Source: an uncultured Flavobacteriaceae bacterium (GTDB lineage: Bacteria; Bacteroidota; Bacteroidia; Flavobacteriales; Flavobacteriaceae). Taken from it: DNA of 64,000 nucleotides. The notes beneath the pieces are model-generated. The model saw nothing but the letters and a program-made list of their open reading frames with translations. It did no database searches and was not told the DNA's origin. The DNA lies in contig CAWGHI010000007.1 of the NCBI GenBank assembly GCA_963822355.1, positions 12,676 through 76,675 of the forward strand, given 5' to 3'. A program made the translations under genes and the position numbers. The first letter of the stretch is position 1. The number at the start of each line of letters is the position of its first letter. Below are positions 37,142 to 45,670 of this stretch, one piece after another.

Positions 37142-37822
37142 ATGAAAATTACATTTTACGGACAAAATGCTTTAGGAATTGAAATAAAAGGAAAACACAT
37201 TTTGGTAGATCCCTTTATTTCGGGAAATGATCTTTCAAAAGATAAAATTGATATCAATAAACTAAAAGCAGATTATATCCTTTTAACCCACGCACACCAA
37301 GATCATACATTGGACGCAGAAGCTATTGCGAAAAAAACAGGAGCTATTATTGTGAGCAATTATGAAATCACAAACCATTACGAAGCAAAGGGAATAGAAG
37401 TTCACCCCATGAACCACGGCGGAAGCTGGAAATTTGAATTTGGAAAAGTGAAATATGTAAACGCAATTCACACAAGTTCATTTCCCGACGGCAGTTACGG
37501 CGGTCAACCTGGCGGTTTTGTAATTGAGGGTGAACACAAAAACATTTACATCGCCGGCGATACTGCTTTAATGATGGATATGAAACTCATCCCGATGCAC
37601 ACAAAATTGGATTTGGCGATTCTCCCAATCGGCGATAATTTCACTATGGGAATTGACGATGCCATTATAGCAAGCGATTTTGTGCAATGCGATAAAGTTT
37701 TGGGCGTACATTACGATACTTTCGGTTACATCGAAATTGACCACGAAGAGGCTAAACGTAAGTTTTATGACGCCAATAAGGATTTGATGTTGCTTGAAAT
37801 TGGCGAATCTATAGAATTATAA
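37142..37822 (+). CDS. UPF0173-type metal-dependent hydrolase (MBL fold)
   Basis: DPFI, THAHQDH, AIHTSS, IYIAGDT, LPIGDNFTMG and VHYDTF motifs. Confidence 0.9.
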   Translation: MKITFYGQNALGIEIKGKHILVDPFISGNDLSKDKIDINKLKADYILLTHAHQDHTLDAEAIAKKTGAIIVSNYEITNHYEAKGIEVHPMNHGGSWKFEFGKVKYVNAIHTSSFPDGSYGGQPGGFVIEGEHKNIYIAGDTALMMDMKLIPMHTKLDLAILPIGDNFTMGIDDAIIASDFVQCDKVLGVHYDTFGYIEIDHEEAKRKFYDANKDLMLLEIGESIEL

Positions 37823-37837
37823 AAGTACAGTTGGAAT

Positions 37838-37874
37838 ATCAGATTGTTAGATGGTTGGATTTTTAGATAATTAG
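37838..37874 (+). repeat. Left 8-mer array / left arm of the inverted repeat flanking the four-helix-bundle gene
   Basis: TCAGATTG TTAGATGG TTGGATTT TTAGATAA. Bases 37842-37861 are complementary to 38226-38245. Confidence 0.85.
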
Positions 37875-37876
37875 AA

Positions 37877-38227
37877 ATGCATAGGTTTAAGGATTTGGAA
37901 ATTTGGAAACAAAGTAGATTGTTTTGTAAAGATATTTATGAAATTACCGCTACATTTCCAGAAGCTGAAAAATTTGGACTTACCAGTCAATTAAGGCGTG
38001 CAAGCATATCAATACCTTCAAATATTGCTGAAGGAGCATCCAGAAAATCAAATAAAGACTTATCAAGATTTTTGGAAATAACAATAGGTTCTTGTTACGA
38101 AATTGAAACCCAATTACTAATAGCTAATGATTTGGGATTTATAAAAGAAGAAAATTTGAACCCATTACTTTTAAAACTGGAAGGAATTGTAAAAATGACT
38201 TCAAAATTTAAATCAACCCTAAAATAA
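37877..38227 (+). CDS. Four-helix-bundle protein (23S rRNA-IVP / TIGR02436 family)
   Basis: F.DL.IWK.S, FP..EKFGLTSQLRRA..SI.SNIAEG..R and GS.YE.ETQL motifs. Confidence 0.93.
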   Translation: MHRFKDLEIWKQSRLFCKDIYEITATFPEAEKFGLTSQLRRASISIPSNIAEGASRKSNKDLSRFLEITIGSCYEIETQLLIANDLGFIKEENLNPLLLKLEGIVKMTSKFKSTLK

Positions 38228-38264
38228 TCCAACCATCTAATAATCCAAAAATCTAGTAATCCAA
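38225..38264 (+). repeat. Right 8-mer array / right arm of the inverted repeat
   Basis: TAATCCAA CCATCTAA TAATCCAA AAATCTAG TAATCCAA, between the four-helix-bundle stop and the menC TTG start. Confidence 0.85.
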
Positions 38265-38265
38265 A

Positions 38266-39318
38266 TTGACAGCTTCTTATCATAAACACATCCTAAACTT
38301 CAAAAATCCCAGCGGCACTTCCCGCGGAGTCTTGAAAACCAAAGAAACTTATTTTCTTATTCTTAAAACTGAAGAAAAAGTAGGAGTGGGAGAGTGCGGC
38401 CTTCTGCGTGGGTTGAGCATCGACGATCGCCCCGATTATGAAAAAAAATTAAAGGCCGTCTGCGAGAAAATCGATTTTGGTTTAAATGAAGAAAATCTTT
38501 ACGAAGCTTTAACTGAGTTTCCCTCAATACAATTTGGAGTTGAAACCGCTTTTAAATCGTTGCAGTCAAAAAATCCTTTTGAATTATATCCTTCGGAATT
38601 TACACGTGGCGAAGCAGCAATTCCAATAAACGGTTTGGTTTGGATGGGTGATACCATTTTTATGAAAGAACAGATTTCAGAAAAATTGAAACAAGGTTTC
38701 ACTTGCATAAAAATGAAAATCGGTGCCATCGATTTTAAAACCGAAGTCGAACTTTTAAAATCTATTCGAAAAGAATTCTCAGCTTCCGAGGTAGAATTAC
38801 GAGTTGATGCAAACGGCGCATTTTCACCCAAAGAAGCTTTGGAAAAATTGAAAGTGCTTTCAGATTTGAAATTACATTCCATTGAACAACCCATAAAACA
38901 AGGGCAATGGCAGGAAATGGCACGGCTTTGCGAAGAAACTCCATTGCCAATTGCGTTAGATGAAGAATTGATCGGAATCTTTTCCGAGGAAGATAAAAAT
39001 AATTTGCTCGAAACCATAAAACCCCAATATATAATCCTCAAACCATCGTTAATTGGTGGGTTTCGCGGAAGCGATCGCTGGATAAATCTCGCGGAAAAAC
39101 ACAATGCAGGTTGGTGGATTACTTCCGCTTTGGAAAGTAATGTGGGTTTGAACGCAATTTCGCAATATACATTTACAAAAAATAGTAAATTGCCACAAGG
39201 TTTGGGAACGGGCAGTCTTTACACAAATAACATTGCAAGTCCGCTGGAAGTTTCAAACGGAGAATTAAAAATAAATCCGAATACCAAATGGGATTTCAAT
39301 ATGAAAACTTTCAATTAA
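38266..39318 (+). CDS. menC: o-succinylbenzoate synthase
   Basis: Enolase superfamily KMKIG, DANG, EQP and DEE motifs; men context; TTG start. Confidence 0.88.
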   Translation: MTASYHKHILNFKNPSGTSRGVLKTKETYFLILKTEEKVGVGECGLLRGLSIDDRPDYEKKLKAVCEKIDFGLNEENLYEALTEFPSIQFGVETAFKSLQSKNPFELYPSEFTRGEAAIPINGLVWMGDTIFMKEQISEKLKQGFTCIKMKIGAIDFKTEVELLKSIRKEFSASEVELRVDANGAFSPKEALEKLKVLSDLKLHSIEQPIKQGQWQEMARLCEETPLPIALDEELIGIFSEEDKNNLLETIKPQYIILKPSLIGGFRGSDRWINLAEKHNAGWWITSALESNVGLNAISQYTFTKNSKLPQGLGTGSLYTNNIASPLEVSNGELKINPNTKWDFNMKTFN

Positions 39319-39353
39319 AACTTATTTTTCTCACAAATCAATAATCACAATAA

Positions 39354-40325
39354 ATGTATATAAAACAAGCTTTTAAGTCCCTACACGAATGGTGGCGCTA
39401 TTTAATAGGTTTCATCATAATATTTGTCGCCAGCCAAATAGGAACCATCCCTCTAATTGTTGCAGTACTAGTAAAAATCCTTTCGGAAGGCGGAAGTATG
39501 GATTCCATTCAGGACCCAAATGTTATGATGACAGTATTAGATTCCAACCTTACCCTATTTTTGATGCTGCTCAGTTTTGCCGTAGGTTTGCTGGCTGTAT
39601 ATTTGGTTGTCCGCTTCTTTCATAAACAACCTTTTGTGGAACTTACAACATCTCGAAAAAAAACAGATTGGGGCCGAATATTTTTTGGCTTCGGGCTTAT
39701 AACAATAACTACCATTGTTGTCACTGGTTTGGATTATTACAGCAATCCCGATGATTATGTGCTTCAATTTGATTTGGTTCCATTTATAATTCTCACCGTG
39801 ATTGCAGTAATTATGATCCCCTTACAAACAAGTTTTGAGGAATATCTTTTTCGGGGTTATTTGATGCAGGGAATTGGCGTTTTGGCAAAAAACAAATGGT
39901 TGCCACTTCTTATAACTTCGGTAGTTTTTGGCGCGCTTCATTTGGCAAATCCGGAAGTTGATAAATTGGGTAATATTATTATGATTTACTACATAGGAAC
40001 TGGTTTTTTCCTCGGAATCATGACGCTAATGGATGAAGGTATGGAACTGGCGCTTGGTTTTCACGCGGGTAATAACCTAATTTCCGCACTTTTGGTTACC
40101 GCAGATTGGACCGTCTTTAAAACCAATTCTATTTTAAAGGATGTTTCAGAACCTTCTACAGGTTTTGATGTAGTTGTACCTGTGCTGATTTTATATCCAA
40201 TTTTTTTGTTTATAATGGCTTACCGTTATAAATGGAAGGATTGGAGTGGCAAGCTTTTCGGCAAAGTGGAAGAATCCATTGTTATTACTGAGGAAAAGGA
40301 ACCGAATGAAAGTTTAATTGAATAG
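39354..40325 (+). CDS. CPBP (Abi/CAAX) family intramembrane metalloprotease
   Basis: EEYLFRG, FGALH and H..NN motifs; multiple TM segments. Confidence 0.9.
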   Translation: MYIKQAFKSLHEWWRYLIGFIIIFVASQIGTIPLIVAVLVKILSEGGSMDSIQDPNVMMTVLDSNLTLFLMLLSFAVGLLAVYLVVRFFHKQPFVELTTSRKKTDWGRIFFGFGLITITTIVVTGLDYYSNPDDYVLQFDLVPFIILTVIAVIMIPLQTSFEEYLFRGYLMQGIGVLAKNKWLPLLITSVVFGALHLANPEVDKLGNIIMIYYIGTGFFLGIMTLMDEGMELALGFHAGNNLISALLVTADWTVFKTNSILKDVSEPSTGFDVVVPVLILYPIFLFIMAYRYKWKDWSGKLFGKVEESIVITEEKEPNESLIE

Positions 40326-41404
40326 TGAAACCGTTATTGCATCCCAATTTTAAATTGAATGGCGAAATATTTTCTTCTGCGGAAGATTTAAAATTTCGCA
40401 CAAAACAAATTGTTGAAAATAAGGCGGACGATCAAAGTGCCATTGGAAAATTTATTTTGGAATGGTTGGATGACAATTATTTTATTAAGGTAAAAACCTC
40501 CGGATCCACTGGTTTTCCTAAGGAAATAAAACTTCAAAAAAAGCACGTTTTTCAAAGTGCAATTGCTACAGTTACTTATTTCGATTTAAGGGAAAACACT
40601 AAAGCATTGCTATGTCTTTCTTCGGAATATATTGCAGGTAAAATGATGTTGGTTCGGGCAATGACTGCGGGTTGGGATTTGCAAACGGTTGCACCGGAAA
40701 AGAACCCACTGGAACATATTGTTGGGGAATTTGATTTTACCGCAATGGTTCCCTACCAAGTTTTCCATTCCTTGCCAAATTTGGACAAAGTGAAAAAATT
40801 GATTATTGGCGGAGCGGCTGTACCTTCAGAATTGGAACAACAATTACAAAAGTTGAAAACTAAAGTATTTGTCACATACGGAATGACCGAAACCATAAGT
40901 CACATCGCAGTTCGCCCACTAAATGGAAAAGAAAAATCCACTGTTTTTTCAGCACTTCCAAAAGTAACATTTTCACTGGGAGAAAATGGATGTCTACAAA
41001 TTCATGCCCCGGAAATTTCTGAAGAAACCATTGTAACGAATGATATTGTTGAATTGCTTTCCCCAACTTCCTTTATATTTTTGGGTAGAGCAGACAATGT
41101 GATTAACACCGGAGGAGTAAAAGTGCACCCCGAAATGGTGGAAAAAAAGCTTTCCCTTCATATAAAACAACCTTTTTTTATTGCTTCAGAAAAAGATGAT
41201 GCTTTGGGAGAACGGGTAATCTTAATAATTGAGAGTGAAAAACAATTGAGATTGGAAGATTATTCCGAAGCTTTTAAAACACTTTCCGATTATGAAAAAC
41301 CGAAGAAAATCTATACTACAGCCCAATTTGTTTATACCGAAACTGGAAAGATAAAAAGGAATGAAGTGTTGAAAAAAATTAAACCTGAATTACCCCCAAA
41401 TTAA
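40325..41404 (+). CDS. menE: o-succinylbenzoate-CoA ligase (AMP-binding)
   Basis: TSGSTG.PK, YGMTET and GRADNVINTGG.K.HPE motifs; men context. Confidence 0.82.
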   Translation: MKPLLHPNFKLNGEIFSSAEDLKFRTKQIVENKADDQSAIGKFILEWLDDNYFIKVKTSGSTGFPKEIKLQKKHVFQSAIATVTYFDLRENTKALLCLSSEYIAGKMMLVRAMTAGWDLQTVAPEKNPLEHIVGEFDFTAMVPYQVFHSLPNLDKVKKLIIGGAAVPSELEQQLQKLKTKVFVTYGMTETISHIAVRPLNGKEKSTVFSALPKVTFSLGENGCLQIHAPEISEETIVTNDIVELLSPTSFIFLGRADNVINTGGVKVHPEMVEKKLSLHIKQPFFIASEKDDALGERVILIIESEKQLRLEDYSEAFKTLSDYEKPKKIYTTAQFVYTETGKIKRNEVLKKIKPELPPN

Positions 41405-43022
41405 ATGTCTTCTCAATAGGTGCGTGGTTCGCCGCTTCAATACCCATGGAAATCCATTTTCGCGTATCCAAAGGATCTATCACCGCATCTGTCCAAATTC
41501 TGGAAGCTGCATAATACGGCGAAATTTGACGGTCATAACGTGCTTTTATTTTATCGAACATTTCCTTTTCGTCTTCTTCTGTGATCGTTTCACCTTTTTT
41601 CTTCAATGAAGCTGTTTCAATTTGCAGCAATACTTTTGCAGCACTGTTTCCACTCATTACTGCAAGTTCGGCGCTTGGCCACGCCACAATCAATCGTGGA
41701 TCATAGGCTTTTCCGCACATGGCATAATTTCCTGCTCCGTAACTATTCCCTATTATTATCGTGAATTTTGGAACAACGCTATTGCTAACGGCATTTACCA
41801 TTTTGGCTCCGTCCTTAATAATACCGCCGTGCTCGCTTTTACTTCCTACCATAAATCCGGTAACGTCTTGCAAAAATACCAACGGAATTTTCTTTTGGTT
41901 GCAATTTGCTATAAACCGTGTGGCTTTATCTGCACTGTCGCTGTAAATTACACCACCGAATTGCATTTCGCTGGGTTTGGTTTTTGCTTTTGTGGTTTTT
42001 ACCAATGTGCGCTGGTTTGCAACAATTCCAACGGCCCAACCATCAATCCGGGCGTAACCCGTTAAAATTGTTTGTCCGTAGCCTTCTTTGTATTCTTCAA
42101 AATCGCTATCATCCACGAGTCTTTTTATCACTTCGCGCATGTCGTATTGTTCTGCCCGCGACTTTGGAATTAATCCGTAGATTTCTTCAGGTTTTTCTTT
42201 AGGCTTCACCGCTTTTTCCCGGTTAAATCCGGCTTTGTCAAAATCCCCTATCTTCGAAATAATATTTTTTATTTTGTCGAGTGCATCTTTATCGTCCTTT
42301 GCTTTGTAATCCGTCACGCCGCTAACTTCACAGTGCGTAGTTGCGCCACCAAGCGTTTCGTTATCGATGGTTTCGCCAATAGCAGCTTTCACCAAATAAC
42401 TTCCAGCAAGAAAAATACTTCCGGTTTTGTCAACAATTAGCGCTTCATCGCTCATAATAGGAAGGTAAGCACCTCCGGCCACGCAACTGCCCATCACGGC
42501 TGCAATTTGTGTAATGCCCATACTGCTCATAACGGCATTGTTTCTAAATATTCTTCCGAAGTGTTCTTTATCGGGAAAAATCTCATCCTGCATAGGCAGA
42601 TAAACTCCCGCGCTGTCCACCAAATAAATAATTGGTAACCGGTTTTCGATGGAAATTTCCTGTGCGCGAAGATTCTTTTTTGCGGTAATAGGAAACCAAG
42701 CTCCCGCCTTCACTGTGGCATCATTGGCAACTACAATACATTGTTTGCCTTTCACATACCCAATTTTCACAACCACGCCGCCACCGGGTGCACCGCCATG
42801 TTCTTCATACATTCCATCGCCGGCAAAGGCCCCGATTTCAATACTTGGTTTCTTTTCATCCAGTAAATATGAAATACGCTCGCGCGCCGTGAGTTTTCCT
42901 TGAGAGTGTTGTTTATCTATTCTTTTTTGGCCTCCGCCGAGTTTTACTTTTGCCAGTTTATTATTTAATTCTGAAACCAGCAATTTATTGTGGTCTTCGT
43001 TTTTGTTGAAGTTTAAATCCAT
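41379..43022 (-). CDS. Acyl-CoA carboxylase beta subunit (methylcrotonyl-CoA carboxylase-like)
   Basis: GKLTARERI, NDATVKAG, GSCVAGGAY, LGGA..H and SYGAGNYAMCG motifs. Confidence 0.92.
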   Translation of the reverse strand: MDLNFNKNEDHNKLLVSELNNKLAKVKLGGGQKRIDKQHSQGKLTARERISYLLDEKKPSIEIGAFAGDGMYEEHGGAPGGGVVVKIGYVKGKQCIVVANDATVKAGAWFPITAKKNLRAQEISIENRLPIIYLVDSAGVYLPMQDEIFPDKEHFGRIFRNNAVMSSMGITQIAAVMGSCVAGGAYLPIMSDEALIVDKTGSIFLAGSYLVKAAIGETIDNETLGGATTHCEVSGVTDYKAKDDKDALDKIKNIISKIGDFDKAGFNREKAVKPKEKPEEIYGLIPKSRAEQYDMREVIKRLVDDSDFEEYKEGYGQTILTGYARIDGWAVGIVANQRTLVKTTKAKTKPSEMQFGGVIYSDSADKATRFIANCNQKKIPLVFLQDVTGFMVGSKSEHGGIIKDGAKMVNAVSNSVVPKFTIIIGNSYGAGNYAMCGKAYDPRLIVAWPSAELAVMSGNSAAKVLLQIETASLKKKGETITEEDEKEMFDKIKARYDRQISPYYAASRIWTDAVIDPLDTRKWISMGIEAANHAPIEKTFNLGVIQV

Positions 43023-43065
43023 TGAAATTTATTGTTTGCGCTAAAATACAAAATGTTTTATGTTC

Positions 43066-43107
43066 AAAGTTGAAAGTTGAAAGTTGAAAGTTGAAAGTTG
43101 AAAGTTG
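43066..43107. repeat. Perfect microsatellite (AAAGTTG)x6
   Basis: Six exact 7-bp copies in a divergent intergenic region. Confidence 0.95.
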
Positions 43108-43177
43108 TCATCCGAAAAAACTATGACATTTTGTTAACGAAATTCAATTTTATAATCCCGATATTTGTTTTTACACT

Positions 43178-43185
43178 TAAATTTG
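43178..43185 (+). promoter_or_regulatory. Bacteroidota -7 box (TAAATTTG)
   Basis: TAnnTTTG match 40 nt upstream of ATG 43226. Confidence 0.55.
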
Positions 43186-43225
43186 CGACTTGAAAAAAGA
43201 AAAATAAACCAAACAGAAATAGCTT

Positions 43226-43408
43226 ATGGGCATGAATAAAAATACTGTACTGGCTTGGGCCACTTTTATTATGATTATTGTGGGGTTAGTATTGATAGGA
43301 ATGGGCGCTTTCCGGTATGATGACGTAGCTGGCTGGGGCTTTGCGGCAGTGGGAATTGGCTTTTTCGCCATTGCGTGGGTTTTTAATGCGCTGAAAGGAA
43401 GGGTGTAA
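43226..43408 (+). CDS. CAL67264-family small membrane protein
   Basis: MGMNKNTVLAWAT...FNALKGRV: a 60-aa, two-TM protein typical of Flavobacteriaceae. Confidence 0.85.
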   Translation: MGMNKNTVLAWATFIMIIVGLVLIGMGAFRYDDVAGWGFAAVGIGFFAIAWVFNALKGRV

Positions 43409-43462
43409 AAAACCAATACTACAAAATATTATTTTCTACAAACACACAAATAAACTCTCGAA

Positions 43463-45154
43463 ATGTCCGACGATAAAAAAGTAATTTTTTCAATGTCTGG
43501 GTTGACAAAAACCTATCAGAGCGCCCAGACCCCAGTTTTAAAAAATATATATTTAAGCTTCTTCTATGGTGCCAAAATTGGCATCCTCGGTCTTAATGGA
43601 AGTGGTAAATCCACTTTGCTGCGAATCATTGCCGGCGAGGAAAAAAACTATCAAGGCGATGTGGTTTTCGCTCCCGGTTATACCGTGGGTTATCTCGAAC
43701 AGGAACCAAAACTTGATGAGACCAAAACCGTGCTCGAAGTAGTAAAGGAAGGCGTTCAGGAAGTGGTTGATGTTCTGGATGAATACAATAAAATCAACGA
43801 TATGTTCGGTTTGCCGGAGGTTTATGAAAATCCTGTAAAAATGGACGAGTTGATGGAAAAACAAGCGAAACTTCAAGATAAAATAGATGCCACAAATGCA
43901 TGGGAACTCGACACAAAGTTAGAAATAGCGATGGATGCTCTTCGCACGCCCGAGCCTGATAAACCTATTAGTGTGCTTTCGGGTGGTGAAAAACGAAGGG
44001 TCGCACTTTGTAGGTTACTTCTGAAAGAGCCAGATGTATTATTGCTGGATGAGCCTACAAACCATTTGGATGCGGAGAGTGTTCATTGGTTGGAACATCA
44101 CCTTTCAGAATATAAGGGAACGGTGATCGCTGTAACCCACGATAGATATTTTTTGGATAATGTTGCAGGCTGGATTTTGGAATTGGATAGAGGGGAAGGT
44201 ATTCCGTGGAAAGGAAATTATTCATCCTGGTTGGAACAAAAATCGAAGCGTTTGGCGCAGGAACAAAAGCAAGCCGGAAAACGTCAAAAAACCTTGGAGC
44301 GAGAGTTGGAATGGGTCCGACAAGGAGCGAAAGGCCGTCAGACCAAACAAAAAGCACGTTTGCAGAATTACGATAAACTATTGAGCCAAGATCAAAAGCA
44401 ATTGGATGAAAAGCTCGAAATATACATCCCGAACGGACCGCGTTTGGGAACAAATGTTATTGAGGCGAAAGGTGTTGCCAAAGCATTTGGCGATAAACTG
44501 CTTTATGAAGATTTAAATTTCAAATTGCCACAAGCAGGAATTGTTGGAATTATTGGTCCAAACGGTGCCGGTAAAACCACGATTTTTAAAATGATTATGG
44601 GCGAGGAAACACCCGATAAAGGTTCTTTTGAAGTAGGGGAAACCGCAAAAATCGCTTATGTTGATCAGGCACATTCCAATATTAATCCCGACAAAACCAT
44701 TTGGGAAAACTTCAGTGATAATCAGGAATTGATTATGATGGGCGGAAGGCAGGTAAATTCCCGGGCATATTTGAGCCGTTTCAATTTCAGTGGAAGTGAG
44801 CAAAACAAAAAAGTTTCCATGCTTTCCGGTGGGGAACGAAACAGGCTGCATTTGGCAATGACCTTAAAAGAAGAAGGAAACGTATTATTGTTGGATGAGC
44901 CCACTAACGATTTGGACGTAAATACGCTGCGTGCCCTGGAAGAAGGTCTGGAAAACTTTGCGGGTTGTGCTGTAATAATAAGTCACGACCGTTGGTTTTT
45001 GGATAGGGTCTGTACGCACATTCTCTCCTTTGAAGGAAATAGTGAAGTTTATTATTTTGAAGGAGGTTTCAGCGAGTATGAAGAAAATAAAAAGAAACGT
45101 TTAGGCGGCGATTTGATGCCGAAGCGAATTAAATATAAAAAGTTGATACGGTAA
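43463..45154 (+). CDS. ettA: Energy-dependent translational throttle protein EttA (ABC-F)
   Basis: SFFYGAKIG.LG.NGSGKS, two ABC cassettes with LSGGE, GNYSSWLE and RQTKQKAR linker. Confidence 0.95.
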   Translation: MSDDKKVIFSMSGLTKTYQSAQTPVLKNIYLSFFYGAKIGILGLNGSGKSTLLRIIAGEEKNYQGDVVFAPGYTVGYLEQEPKLDETKTVLEVVKEGVQEVVDVLDEYNKINDMFGLPEVYENPVKMDELMEKQAKLQDKIDATNAWELDTKLEIAMDALRTPEPDKPISVLSGGEKRRVALCRLLLKEPDVLLLDEPTNHLDAESVHWLEHHLSEYKGTVIAVTHDRYFLDNVAGWILELDRGEGIPWKGNYSSWLEQKSKRLAQEQKQAGKRQKTLERELEWVRQGAKGRQTKQKARLQNYDKLLSQDQKQLDEKLEIYIPNGPRLGTNVIEAKGVAKAFGDKLLYEDLNFKLPQAGIVGIIGPNGAGKTTIFKMIMGEETPDKGSFEVGETAKIAYVDQAHSNINPDKTIWENFSDNQELIMMGGRQVNSRAYLSRFNFSGSEQNKKVSMLSGGERNRLHLAMTLKEEGNVLLLDEPTNDLDVNTLRALEEGLENFAGCAVIISHDRWFLDRVCTHILSFEGNSEVYYFEGGFSEYEENKKKRLGGDLMPKRIKYKKLIR

Positions 45155-45157
45155 ATT

Positions 45158-45601
45158 ATGTGGAAAAACATTATATTAATCGGACTGATAATTTCGCTTT
45201 CATCTTGTGGGGCGAAACGAAAAAGTGTAGAAGCTTCCAAAGATTCAAAGGAAATAGTTTTAGGTAAAAGCGAAGCGGTTTCCTATAAAAGTTTAGGAAA
45301 TGGTGTTGCTTCTATTTCGTTACAGCTATTCGAAAATAACACTTTCAAGTTTGACTTCAAAAGTATACCACAACCAGACACTAACGAAAAAGTGGTGAAA
45401 ATTTCTGAAAATGGAACTTATACTTCAGAAGGGAATTGGAAAATCTTGAACTTTAAAAGTCCTAAATTCTCACTTGCTGCAATTTTCGATAAACAGTTTG
45501 GGGATTCAACATTTTTCAAAATAATTGATAAGGAAAATGTAAAAATAAATACTTCTAAAAACGCACTTCCAATTTGGGGAGTGGTTTGTGAAAAACAATA
45601 A
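45158..45601 (+). CDS. Hypothetical lipoprotein
   Basis: Lipobox LSSC; beta-rich 147 aa. Confidence 0.75.
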   Translation: MWKNIILIGLIISLSSCGAKRKSVEASKDSKEIVLGKSEAVSYKSLGNGVASISLQLFENNTFKFDFKSIPQPDTNEKVVKISENGTYTSEGNWKILNFKSPKFSLAAIFDKQFGDSTFFKIIDKENVKINTSKNALPIWGVVCEKQ

Positions 45602-45615
45602 TGGGTTCAAAAATT

Positions 45616-45650
45616 AAAAATCCCGATTCAATTGCTGAATCGGGATTTTT
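45616..45650. terminator. Bidirectional Rho-independent terminator
   Basis: Perfect AAAAATCCCGATTCA-attgc-TGAATCGGGATTTTT between convergent genes. Confidence 0.9.
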
Positions 45651-45670
45651 TAGCTTTAAATCATTGCTCA

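Noticed and set aside
37877-38227. Diversity-generating retroelement (Avd-like protein) or true rRNA intervening sequence
   Set aside because: There is no reverse transcriptase, no TR/VR repeat pair with A-specific mismatches, and no rRNA gene in the window.
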